A stretch of DNA of 64,000 nt from a virus (IMGVR_UViG_2974529611_000001:3486-67485); one strand, 5' to 3'; counted from the stretch's first letter, positions 47,246-56,115 are shown. Made by a program: numbers and translations. Notes: a model not told the origin generated them from the sequence alone.

Positions 47246-47706
47246 TGGCTGGCAAGAACGTAGTACGGATGCTCAAAGGCACCGTCAACCACATCTGGGC
47301 GATGGTGAACTTTGAGGGTCCGTACGAGGACGATGGTGATCGCAAAACTGACATCGTTGATCTGGGGAGGCAGTCGCCTTCTTCCGCCAACGGGATCAGT
47401 TCGCAGATCCATCCGGACTCCTTCACTGACTGGCGGAAGGGATCGGCAATTCAGTGGCACAAGCCTCTGATTGACATTGACCTTCCGATTGCCGCCGTAC
47501 CATCCACGACCGAGGGCCACTTCCACCTGTTCATCGACAAGGAGCTGACCTGGGAAGAGTACAAGACCCTGCTGAAGGTTCTCCGTGACCTGAAGATCAT
47601 TGAGGACGGGTACTACCAAGCGTCACTGCGACGCGGGGCCACATGGGTGAGGGCACCGTGGTGCAAGAAGCCACCCGAAGAGATCATAGAAGAGGAGCCA
47701 TCCTGA
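47245..47706 (+). CDS. Hypothetical protein with AEP-like DID / STxxGHxH motifs
   Basis: GGAGGAG RBS and TGATG coupling; LIDIDL...PSTTEGHFHLFI. Confidence 0.65.
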   Translation: MAGKNVVRMLKGTVNHIWAMVNFEGPYEDDGDRKTDIVDLGRQSPSSANGISSQIHPDSFTDWRKGSAIQWHKPLIDIDLPIAAVPSTTEGHFHLFIDKELTWEEYKTLLKVLRDLKIIEDGYYQASLRRGATWVRAPWCKKPPEEIIEEEPS

Positions 47707-48398
47707 TGAGCTACCTGGTACTAGGAGGTAAGGACGGCGGTGTGGGAATGGCCGTCGTTGACCTCCTCAAGGAGATGGGCCATACGGTCTTTGCCACCGA
47801 TGCCAAGGTTGATGTGCGATCGGCTGCCATCATTGATGAGGTTGCGATCTCGTTGACCAAGATGGAGCCGAAGCTCGAAGGCGTGGTCTACTGCGCCGGA
47901 GTCAACCACCTGAGCTGGTTGGGGCAGATGGAGCGGAGCGGCCTGCAAGATGCAGCCAACATGTTCGCGATCAACTCGCTTGGCTTCCTATCGGTAATGG
48001 ACTCGTTCGTTCGGCACTACGACCGACCTCTGAGTATCGTTGCCATCAGCTCTGACGCTGCGGAGCGCCCGTTGAGGACTTCCTCGGCGTACTGCGCAAG
48101 CAAGGCCGCGCTCAACATGCTCGTGAGAGTCGCTGCTCGGGAGCTGGGGCCGAAAGGGTGGCGCGTGAACGCGGTCGCACCGGGCATGCTGGATGGGACC
48201 GGAATGTCCAGCCACATGGACACCCAGATTCCCTTGGTTCGCGGGTGGTCCTTGAAGGAGGCGATGGATTACGAGAAGTCCCAGGAGGTCGTACCCGGTC
48301 GCATTCCGCCACGGGAGGTTGCCGAGGTGGTCTTTGACCTCCTGACCGGACCGAAGCACATGAATGGTGAGATTGTCACCCTGAATGGAGGCAGGTAG
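47706..48398 (+). CDS. Short-chain dehydrogenase/reductase (SDR)
   Basis: LVLGGKDGGVG, CAGVN, ISSDAA, YCASK (YxxxK) and VNAVAPG motifs. Confidence 0.85.
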   Translation: MSYLVLGGKDGGVGMAVVDLLKEMGHTVFATDAKVDVRSAAIIDEVAISLTKMEPKLEGVVYCAGVNHLSWLGQMERSGLQDAANMFAINSLGFLSVMDSFVRHYDRPLSIVAISSDAAERPLRTSSAYCASKAALNMLVRVAARELGPKGWRVNAVAPGMLDGTGMSSHMDTQIPLVRGWSLKEAMDYEKSQEVVPGRIPPREVAEVVFDLLTGPKHMNGEIVTLNGGR

Positions 48399-48401
48399 GT
48401 C

Positions 48402-48716
48402 ATGCCTCCCGACTGGCTTATTTGGCTCCTGGTTGCACTGGGCGTCTTTCTGCTGGTCATGATGCTCGCTAGTTTCATTGTCAATGGTATAGACCGAAGC
48501 ATTGACCCCCGGCTGGACGAGAAGATGATCAAGGCCAAGAATGATGCCTTGATGGAGAGTGAGGAGAAAGCATACGCCGAGAAACTTATGGAGGGGTGGC
48601 TCAGCAATCACTGGGAGCCACTTGATGAATGGGTTCCGACACCAGATCAGAAATGGGAAGACAATGCCGATGAGCTACGAAGAGGCCAAAGAGGCCCTTC
48701 ACGAGATGTACGATGA
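48402..48716 (+). CDS. Membrane protein (1 TM)
   Basis: WLIWLLVALGVFLLVMMLASFIV segment. Confidence 0.6.
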   Translation: MPPDWLIWLLVALGVFLLVMMLASFIVNGIDRSIDPRLDEKMIKAKNDALMESEEKAYAEKLMEGWLSNHWEPLDEWVPTPDQKWEDNADELRRGQRGPSRDVR

Positions 48717-48774
48717 CGAGTGGATCGAGCAGAATGGCGAGGAAGAGATGATCGAGGAGCTGATGAAGCTGTGA
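48670..48774 (+). CDS. Tiny acidic protein
   Basis: MSYEEAKEALHEMYDDEWIEQNGEEEMIEELMKL; GTGA coupling downstream. Confidence 0.45.
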   Translation: MSYEEAKEALHEMYDDEWIEQNGEEEMIEELMKL

Positions 48775-48860
48775 GCTGGGAGACATACACCCAAGTACTC
48801 TCGATCATGTTATGGTTCTACATGCTCACCGCCGGACTAGTCAGGGAGATCAAGAAGTAA
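48771..48860 (+). CDS. 29-aa hydrophobic peptide coupled to dnaE
   Basis: GAGGAG RBS and GTG start; its TAA overlaps the dnaE ATG (TAATG). Confidence 0.5.
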   Translation: MSWETYTQVLSIMLWFYMLTAGLVREIKK

Positions 48861-51800
48861 TGCGCTGGGTCAGTCTTCATACGCATTCCACCTTCTCGTA
48901 TGGTGACGGCTACGGGCCGGTGAAAGACCACGTTGCCCGAGTTGAAGAGCTTGGCATGACTGCCATCTGCCTCACCGAGCACGGCCATAACTCTTCTCAC
49001 GTGCAGCTTGAGAAGGCATGCAAGGGCACCAGCATCAAGCCCATGTATGGATGCGAGCTGTACGTTGTCCACGACAACTGGGAAGAGCAGCGACGCAAGT
49101 ACCACCAGATCGCGATTGCCATCAACGAGAAGGGTTACCAGAACCTCAACCGGATCGTCTCAATCGCGAACTCGCCGGAATATCAGTACGACCGTTTCCC
49201 CACCATCCCCAGGCACATCCTGTTTGAGTACTCAGAGGGTCTGGTTGTTACCAGTGGCTGTGCCGACTCGCTGCTGAGCTGCACCCTCCTTGGCGGAAAG
49301 AACATGGGGCCCAAGAGACTGGAATACAATGAAGAGCAATACCGAGAGACTGTCGCACTTGCGGCAGAGTACCAAGAGGTATTCGGACCGCGTTACTTTC
49401 TGGAAGTGCAACGTTTCCCGAGACTGGACCGTACAAGGGTGCTCAATCCGGCCTTCGAGCGGATTGGTGCTGAACTTGGGATTGAGCTCGTTGCCACGGC
49501 GGACGTCCATTACCCTCACCCTGGGGACAACAAGATGCAGCGCATACTCCACGCTGCGAATCGTGGTGGTGGGAAGACGATTGCCCAAGCTGACGCTGAG
49601 TGGGAATACGACATTCTCCTCACTTATCCTGAGTCAGATTCGGAAATCTACCACGACCTTATTGCCACCGGACTCACCCCGAAGGCAGCGAAGAGATCCA
49701 TTCTGAACACTGCGGCCATCGCGAAGCGATGCACCGTAGAGCTTCCCAAGAACGAACCGATCAAGTGGCCCTATCCTGGCAGCGGTCTCCGTGGCGAGGA
49801 TATTGTGGCCGACGTGGAGAAGGAGGGCAACAATGATCCGCAGACTTATTCGAGCATTGAGGAATACACTTGGGCGCGTCTCCGCAAGGGTTGGGCGTTC
49901 CGCATCCAAAGCAATATCCATATGCGGAAGAACAAAGCGCAGTATACTGAGCGTGTCAAGTACGAGATGGAGCGCATCATCCCTCGTGGATTCTGCGACT
50001 ACTTCGGCATGCTCAGCTACCTGGTCACCTGGGCCAAGGACAACAAGATTCCTGTTGGACCTGCTCGCGGAAGTGCTGCTGCTAGCCTGGTTTGTTACCT
50101 GCTCCGCATCACCGAGGTCGACCCACTACAGTTCCCGACGATGATGTTCGAGAGGTTCATCGACCCCAAGCGATTGGACCTCCCAGACGTCGACTTGGAC
50201 TTCGCCGACGACCGACGCGATGAGGTCCGCCAGGAGGCCATTCGGGTCTTCGGAGCTGACCGTGTGGGCAACATCGGTAACTTCACCAGGTACAAGGGCA
50301 AGAACTCGATCACTGACGTGGCGAAGGTCTACGGAATACCCAAGTTCGATACTCAGGTCGTCAAAGACCTGATCATTGAAAGGTCAGGCGGTGACTCTCG
50401 ACAGAACGACACGCTCATGGACACCTTCGAGATGTTCCCTAAGGCACGAGCAGTACTGGACAAGCATCCGGAATTGGAGCTTGCCTCGAAGCTTGAGGGG
50501 AACTACCGGGGCGCAGGGGTTCATGCAGCAGGACTCGTCATATCCAACGCTTCCATCCCGGACACCTGTGCCCTCCACACGCAAGAGTCAGGCGGTCGTG
50601 AGATTACCGCTGTCCCCTACGACAAGAAGGACGCAGAATATCTGGGCATGCTGAAGGCTGACTTCCTTGGCCTGAAGACGATGGGCGAGATCGGGCTCAT
50701 GCTGAACATCATCGGCATGGACCTGGAAGACCTTTACCGCATCCCCCTGGATGACGAGGAGGTGATGGACGCCTTCCAGAGGAACGATGTTCAGGGCATC
50801 TTCCAGTTCGAGGGTCGAGCCACCCGAGTCACCTGTGACCGAGTCAAGCCGGACAACTTCATGGAACTGGCGGATATTAACGCACTGTCCCGACCTGGAC
50901 CGTTGTTCTCTGGCATGACTGATCATTATATCAAGGTCAAGTGGGGCGACATGGAGATTGAGAAGCTCCATCCCATCGTCGATGAGTACACGTCGTTCAC
51001 CAAAGGTCAGATCGTCTATCAGGAGCAGGTTCTTGGAATCATTAAAGACCTGGGTGGATTCCCAGTTCAGCGAGTTGGCGACATTCGGAAGATCATCAGC
51101 CAGAAACTTGGCGAGGCGAGCTTCAACGAGATGTACGAGGAGTTTGAGTCTGGGGCCAAGCGACTTCATAATGTGGAACCTGCCCTCGCTAAGCGAATCT
51201 GGAGCTTCATGGTCACTTCGGCCACCTACAGTTTCAATATCGCTCACTGTGTCTCCTACAGCATGCTCGCTTTCTGGCAGATGTGGCTCAAGATCCATGA
51301 TCCTGTCGCTTTCTACTACGCCAAGCTAGAGAAGACGCCGAACGACAAGAACAACCAGGACAAAATCCGCAAGTACATGAAAGACGCTGTGCGACACGGG
51401 GTTTCAGTTGCCGCACCGCACCTCAACAAGAGCACGAAGTCTTGGGCGTACGACCATTACGTCCCGGCTTCAAAGACGAAGCCAATCACATGGAAGGAGG
51501 GTGATCCGCTGGTCGGCGCTGTCCATGCTGGATTTACCCAGATCAAGGGTATCGGAGACAGCTATGCTGACAATATTCTGGAGTTGCGTGATCGTCTCGG
51601 TGGCTTTGACAGCTGGGAGGATCTACTTGGCGCGAAGGGGATCGGACCAGGACGACTAGAGAAGATCATGGCCTTCGTAGAGAAGGATGATCCCTTTGAC
51701 GTCCGACTGGCCGAGCACATTCTCACCGAGTACCGACGCCGCATCAACTTGGGCATCGACGGATGGGACGAGGTGCTTGAGCCGGACATGACCTCTGACG

Positions 51801-52201
51801 AGGTACCCAAGGACTTCTTCGGAATGTTCACATGGATGGGCATGGTGAAGAAGAAGGAGTTCAAGGACCTGATGGAGGACGAGCGAGCACGATCTGGTCA
51901 GTCGACCGAAGAGATCATGGCCCGACTGAAAGACCCGCACCTCACCAAGAGCTGCACCCTGCACTGTTACGATGATGGTGACGAGGAGATTTACGCTCGC
52001 ATCAGCCGATGGGACTACGAAGCATTGGAGACGCTACTCGAAGAGATCGAACCCAACAAAGACGTAATCGTGATCACTGGCAAGCGCAAGCGGATGTTTG
52101 GTATCTCCGTAGGAGTCAAGAACATCCAGGTGATCGACCCGACCGATGACATCCCTGGCATTCTGGAGAATGCCCGAAAGAAAGCAGCTGGTATACAATG
52201 A
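48860..52201 (+). CDS. dnaE: DNA polymerase III alpha subunit (DnaE-like, C family) with PHP domain
   Basis: SLHTHS, TEHG and ATADVHY (PHP); GPARGSAAASL; PDVDLD catalytic aspartates; GVHAAG; LKADFLGL; FQFE. Confidence 0.95.
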   Translation: MRWVSLHTHSTFSYGDGYGPVKDHVARVEELGMTAICLTEHGHNSSHVQLEKACKGTSIKPMYGCELYVVHDNWEEQRRKYHQIAIAINEKGYQNLNRIVSIANSPEYQYDRFPTIPRHILFEYSEGLVVTSGCADSLLSCTLLGGKNMGPKRLEYNEEQYRETVALAAEYQEVFGPRYFLEVQRFPRLDRTRVLNPAFERIGAELGIELVATADVHYPHPGDNKMQRILHAANRGGGKTIAQADAEWEYDILLTYPESDSEIYHDLIATGLTPKAAKRSILNTAAIAKRCTVELPKNEPIKWPYPGSGLRGEDIVADVEKEGNNDPQTYSSIEEYTWARLRKGWAFRIQSNIHMRKNKAQYTERVKYEMERIIPRGFCDYFGMLSYLVTWAKDNKIPVGPARGSAAASLVCYLLRITEVDPLQFPTMMFERFIDPKRLDLPDVDLDFADDRRDEVRQEAIRVFGADRVGNIGNFTRYKGKNSITDVAKVYGIPKFDTQVVKDLIIERSGGDSRQNDTLMDTFEMFPKARAVLDKHPELELASKLEGNYRGAGVHAAGLVISNASIPDTCALHTQESGGREITAVPYDKKDAEYLGMLKADFLGLKTMGEIGLMLNIIGMDLEDLYRIPLDDEEVMDAFQRNDVQGIFQFEGRATRVTCDRVKPDNFMELADINALSRPGPLFSGMTDHYIKVKWGDMEIEKLHPIVDEYTSFTKGQIVYQEQVLGIIKDLGGFPVQRVGDIRKIISQKLGEASFNEMYEEFESGAKRLHNVEPALAKRIWSFMVTSATYSFNIAHCVSYSMLAFWQMWLKIHDPVAFYYAKLEKTPNDKNNQDKIRKYMKDAVRHGVSVAAPHLNKSTKSWAYDHYVPASKTKPITWKEGDPLVGAVHAGFTQIKGIGDSYADNILELRDRLGGFDSWEDLLGAKGIGPGRLEKIMAFVEKDDPFDVRLAEHILTEYRRRINLGIDGWDEVLEPDMTSDEVPKDFFGMFTWMGMVKKKEFKDLMEDERARSGQSTEEIMARLKDPHLTKSCTLHCYDDGDEEIYARISRWDYEALETLLEEIEPNKDVIVITGKRKRMFGISVGVKNIQVIDPTDDIPGILENARKKAAGIQ

Positions 52202-52830
52202 CGCTCAACCATCGCCAGGCCGTTCGCGGCACCGCAGAGTTCAACGACCGTGAGCTCAACTTCCTGGATGATCGCTACCAGGACAATACCTTGATCTCCG
52301 CCATCTTCGAGTTCATGAAGGTTGGCAAGCAGCTCAAGGACGACCGGGGCAAGTACATTCGATTCGGCGACGACCCCAAGGCACCCCACCGCAAGCGTCG
52401 TCGCTCCTGGTTGGCAAGTGCAAATGACGGCGAGGTTGGTGAGTTCCTGGACGCCGACTTCCAGAATGATCTGATCGAGTACATCGACGGGGCCATCGAC
52501 GTGGCCTACATCGCCCTTGGCGGACTCATCGAAGCCAGTGAGGGAAGTGAGATCGTGGCCCAGGCTCTCCTCAAGGAGGTGCTGCGATCCAACGAGACCA
52601 AGCTGGTCGACTGCGAGGTTCGGGACGATGGCAAGGTGGTGAAGGGGCCGTACTACGAGCCGCCCAGGATCGAAGCCATCCTCACCTACTTCGCCGTGCG
52701 TATCCCTGACCGGGGCGCGTCAGGGTCCGTCGTCGCTATCCCCGCTGCGACGGGGCCGAACCTGACGGCAGTGCCGGACCCCGAACCTACCGAAGTCGGC
52801 GTCAACTTTCTCGGAGAGGACAACAACTGA
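52198..52830 (+). CDS. MazG-like / PRA-PH-like NTP pyrophosphohydrolase
   Basis: E.GEFL...IDGAIDVAYIALG...EVLRSNETK...DGKVVKGPYYEPP. Confidence 0.75.
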   Translation: MTLNHRQAVRGTAEFNDRELNFLDDRYQDNTLISAIFEFMKVGKQLKDDRGKYIRFGDDPKAPHRKRRRSWLASANDGEVGEFLDADFQNDLIEYIDGAIDVAYIALGGLIEASEGSEIVAQALLKEVLRSNETKLVDCEVRDDGKVVKGPYYEPPRIEAILTYFAVRIPDRGASGSVVAIPAATGPNLTAVPDPEPTEVGVNFLGEDNN

Positions 52831-53138
52831 TGGCTGAGCTGAACCCCGAGCAGATTCAGACCCTGCTCGGCTTCATGGACCGCATGGCGACCGGCCTTGA
52901 GAAGATGGTGGTCGCAACGAAGAAGACCAACGAGTTGCTGTTCAAGACCCTGAGCACCATGGAGGCCAACGGGGAGAACGGCAGCGACCTCGTGGAGCTG
53001 TTGGCATCGTGGCCGATCATCATCCCCAGCACCGACCACAATGATCCCGATGGGATCACCATCGCACCCGTCGCCCAGATCATCGAGATGATGGCCGAGG
53101 ATGAAGAGGAGGATGAGGATGGACCCCAAGAAGGCTGA
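52830..53138 (+). CDS. Hypothetical acidic protein
   Basis: GGAGAGG RBS, TGATG coupling. Confidence 0.65.
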   Translation: MAELNPEQIQTLLGFMDRMATGLEKMVVATKKTNELLFKTLSTMEANGENGSDLVELLASWPIIIPSTDHNDPDGITIAPVAQIIEMMAEDEEEDEDGPQEG

Positions 53139-53379
53139 CAACGGGCCTCGTCTGGGGCAGATTGGCAGCTCAGAGTTCCGAACTCTGGACAAGATCATCC
53201 TAGACACCGGGGTCAGCAGCGTCATTGACAAGCTGACTGCTCCACCAGAGACCGTGCGGCAGCACCTGGACCGGATCGGCGTTGGCTTCAAGGTCCCGAT
53301 GGTCAATGGCCGTCTCGTAATCGAAATTGATGTGGCGGAACTGGAAGCCGCCGAGAACCCCAAGGAGGGTCAGAAATGA
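53119..53379 (+). CDS. Hypothetical protein
   Basis: GAGG RBS, ATGA coupling to the thyX-like gene. Confidence 0.6.
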   Translation: MDPKKADNGPRLGQIGSSEFRTLDKIILDTGVSSVIDKLTAPPETVRQHLDRIGVGFKVPMVNGRLVIEIDVAELEAAENPKEGQK

Positions 53380-54473
53380 GCAGCAAGGAAGTTCGCAAGT
53401 GGGTGGACCCATTCATGTTTGAAGCGGAGGAGATCAATGAAGATACAGGTCCCGAGGTCTACCTCCTGGCCGGTAATCCTGATCCACTGGGGAGCATTGC
53501 GGCTGCCGCGAAAGCATACATGGGTGAGTTTGTGGGTTCGCTGTCCGAAGTCACTGATGCGGAACGGCGCCACTATCTCACCGAGATCCAGAAGACTGCC
53601 TTGGCGATGCCCCTGGAAGCGGTACAGTTCCATTTTCGTATCAAGGGTGTCACTCGGGGATTCACCCACCAGATGGTACGTCAACGTACGGCTGCATACA
53701 GCCAGGAGTCCACACGATTTGCCGTCAAGTCTGGAGTTCCAGTGGGCCGACCGCCCTCACTCGACGGAACTCTGAGCGAACAAGAATGGTGGGAAGCCGA
53801 AGGACCTATCGTGCCAAGCAACCATATTTCCAAGGAGGAGTACGTGGAACGCTATGCCACCAAGGAGCAGCGTTGGCGGTTCAAGTGGGACGAGATAAAC
53901 GCCCAGATCGCAGCGTTCTACAACGGCGTTGTGGCTGATGGGATGCCTGCTGAGGATGCTCGGGGAATCCTGCCGACGAACCTTCTGACTCAGCTGAACT
54001 ACATCACGAACCTTCGGAACCTCCAGGTGGAGGGCGGTAAGCGACTCTGCACCCAGGCGCAGTTCGAGTGGCGGATTGTGTGGGCGAAGATGGTCGAGGC
54101 AATCCGGGAGTATGGATCACGGCAGAGCTACCTGAAGCCTGACCCAAATGGACCGGACCATCCCCCGCTGCTCCGACCTTCGGCCTGGCAGTTCGAGGAG
54201 CTGGCCAAGATTTTTAAGCCGGTCTGCTACCTGGAAGGGTCCTGCCCGTTCAACGCCAGCTTCGACCGTAAGTGCTCCATCCGGAGTCGAGTCGAGCAGA
54301 ACGCCGCAGCCAACCGACCTTCGACCGAGTGGGCCAAGCCCCACTACGTGTCCAACGGTGATTGCACCGACGAGGACGAGATGAGGCAAGGGGTCTATCA
54401 CAAGGGATGGGACCTCGGCATCGAGCCCATCCACCCGGCTGAGTGGCTGCTGGACCCGAAGGCGGCGCGATAA
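53376..54473 (+). CDS. thyX: ThyX-like flavin-dependent thymidylate synthase, variant motif RQR-x7-S-x-R
   Basis: GVTRGFTHQMVRQRTAAYSQESTRF and EDARGILP...TNLRNL; 365 aa. Confidence 0.8.
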   Translation: MSSKEVRKWVDPFMFEAEEINEDTGPEVYLLAGNPDPLGSIAAAAKAYMGEFVGSLSEVTDAERRHYLTEIQKTALAMPLEAVQFHFRIKGVTRGFTHQMVRQRTAAYSQESTRFAVKSGVPVGRPPSLDGTLSEQEWWEAEGPIVPSNHISKEEYVERYATKEQRWRFKWDEINAQIAAFYNGVVADGMPAEDARGILPTNLLTQLNYITNLRNLQVEGGKRLCTQAQFEWRIVWAKMVEAIREYGSRQSYLKPDPNGPDHPPLLRPSAWQFEELAKIFKPVCYLEGSCPFNASFDRKCSIRSRVEQNAAANRPSTEWAKPHYVSNGDCTDEDEMRQGVYHKGWDLGIEPIHPAEWLLDPKAAR

Positions 54474-54631
54474 TGGCAATGGTCTGTGGAATCTGCGCCG
54501 ATGGTCTCTGCGAGAACCATGAAGAAGATTGCGTCACCGATGGCACCATCATCGAGACAATCGGCGGAAAGTGCAACTGCCCCAATCTGGAGGAGAATGA
54601 TGAAGCCGAGTCCAGCACCGGACCTGAGTGA
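54473..54631 (+). CDS. Small Cys-rich protein
   Basis: TAATG coupling; CGICADGLC...CNC. Confidence 0.55.
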   Translation: MAMVCGICADGLCENHEEDCVTDGTIIETIGGKCNCPNLEENDEAESSTGPE

Positions 54632-54638
54632 AGGCAGG

Positions 54639-55274
54639 ATGGAGCGGGCTAAGAAGCCCAACCCCAAGAGCCTTCCGAAGTTCGTCACCGTCATCGCCAT
54701 CGACCCTGGTGAGACGACGGGCTGGGCACTGTGGAATCTGTATCCGGAGGTCCTGGTCTATGACGACGAGAAGATCAGCGACAACATCCAGATGTGGACC
54801 CATGGCCAGGTTGAGTGCGTAAGCCGGTTTGAGGATGAGGACTTCGAGGACCTGGGCATCGCCTTCGTCAACGAGTCGGAGGCTATCGGCGTTGCCGAGT
54901 TGGTTGGCCTTCTTCGCTCGTGGGACGGCGCTGCCGTGGTCATCGAGTCCTTCATCCTCCGCCAGCAGCGCAAGGATGCCAGCCTGCTCAGCCCCGTTCG
55001 GATCACCGCAGCACTGAGCCAGTGGTTGTGGCAGCAACGTCGGCTGTACTTCGTTCAGCAACCGTCGATGGCCAAGACGACCGTCACCGATGCACGCCTC
55101 AAGACTTGGGGCTTCTACGAGCGGTCTGGCGGAATGCAGCATGCCAGGGATGCTGACCGTCATGCCATCACCTTCTTGAGACGGTGCAAGGGCAGCAATC
55201 CAGCAGCAGCAAAGCTGCGCCACAAGGCGTGGCCCCACATTTTTGATGAAAAGGGTGACTACCGTTATGGATAA
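54639..55274 (+). CDS. RuvC-like Holliday junction resolvase
   Basis: VIAIDPGETTGW, VVIESF and HARDA motifs. Confidence 0.8.
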   Translation: MERAKKPNPKSLPKFVTVIAIDPGETTGWALWNLYPEVLVYDDEKISDNIQMWTHGQVECVSRFEDEDFEDLGIAFVNESEAIGVAELVGLLRSWDGAAVVIESFILRQQRKDASLLSPVRITAALSQWLWQQRRLYFVQQPSMAKTTVTDARLKTWGFYERSGGMQHARDADRHAITFLRRCKGSNPAAAKLRHKAWPHIFDEKGDYRYG

Positions 55275-56115
55275 AGTGAGCAGGATTGTGATCCTCGTGG
55301 CCCGAGGTATCGGCGAGAAGGTGGACCAGAACATCCCCATGCAAGTGGCCTACAGGGCCAGAGCTGACATCGGTGCGAGCTTCATCTTCAAAGCGATGGT
55401 CAAGGAGCTGCGCTGGCCCGCAGAATATGGGCCATTCCCCAAGCCGCACTCCAAGGTCAGTTTCAACGACTCCCTTGAAACTCTTCACTCCATGCTCAAC
55501 ATGGAGGTCTTCGATGATGGCCACACCATGTACTTCCTCGTGGGGTACTCTGGTGGAGCCGCAGGGATCGGCGACTGGCTGGCCCAGGCATCACAGAAGC
55601 AGAAGGATTTGGTGCTCGGCTCGGTGCTGATCGCTGATCCGTCGACGCCCAAGGGCATCATCCCGAACGATCCGATACTGGGTGAGGCACGGTATGGCAT
55701 CCGAGGAAGCCGTCCCATTGACCACCACACCGTCAGGTGGATCTGCAATCCCGACGACGTGATCTGCTCTTGCCCCGAGAACAGCCCGCTTCGGCTGATC
55801 GCGTCGGCGACGCCGAACGCCGCCCTGGCGGACATGGCAAGCTGGGGCACCGTTCTCAACCAGATGGCTATTCGGCAGGCCAGCCAGATAGCAAGGGGGC
55901 AGTTCACCAACATGATGAACAAGAAGAGTGCCCAGGAACAGGTTGATGCCATCCGAAAGCAGTTTGACGTGGCATTCAGGGATGCCTACGGCTACATTGC
56001 TGGGGATGACCACGTGGCTTATACAGTGCGCGGCGAGAAGAAGTTCCACCCAACATGGTCGGAAACGGCGTCGAACTTCATCAGTCTGAAGGTGCTCAGC
56101 ACCTTCCGACGGTGA
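55267..56115 (+). CDS. lysB: Cutinase-like alpha/beta hydrolase (lysin B-like)
   Basis: ARGIGE, VGYSGGA nucleophile elbow, LIADP, DDVIC and DDH. Confidence 0.75.
   Translation: MDKVSRIVILVARGIGEKVDQNIPMQVAYRARADIGASFIFKAMVKELRWPAEYGPFPKPHSKVSFNDSLETLHSMLNMEVFDDGHTMYFLVGYSGGAAGIGDWLAQASQKQKDLVLGSVLIADPSTPKGIIPNDPILGEARYGIRGSRPIDHHTVRWICNPDDVICSCPENSPLRLIASATPNAALADMASWGTVLNQMAIRQASQIARGQFTNMMNKKSAQEQVDAIRKQFDVAFRDAYGYIAGDDHVAYTVRGEKKFHPTWSETASNFISLKVLSTFRR

Noticed and set aside
44379-48398. Assignment to a known modification pathway (7-deazaguanine, Z-base, hmC/hmU, arabinosylation)
   Set aside because: The hallmark genes (folE/queCDE/dpdA, purZ, ThyA-fold hydroxymethylase, DNA kinase, glycosyltransferase) were not recognised in the window.
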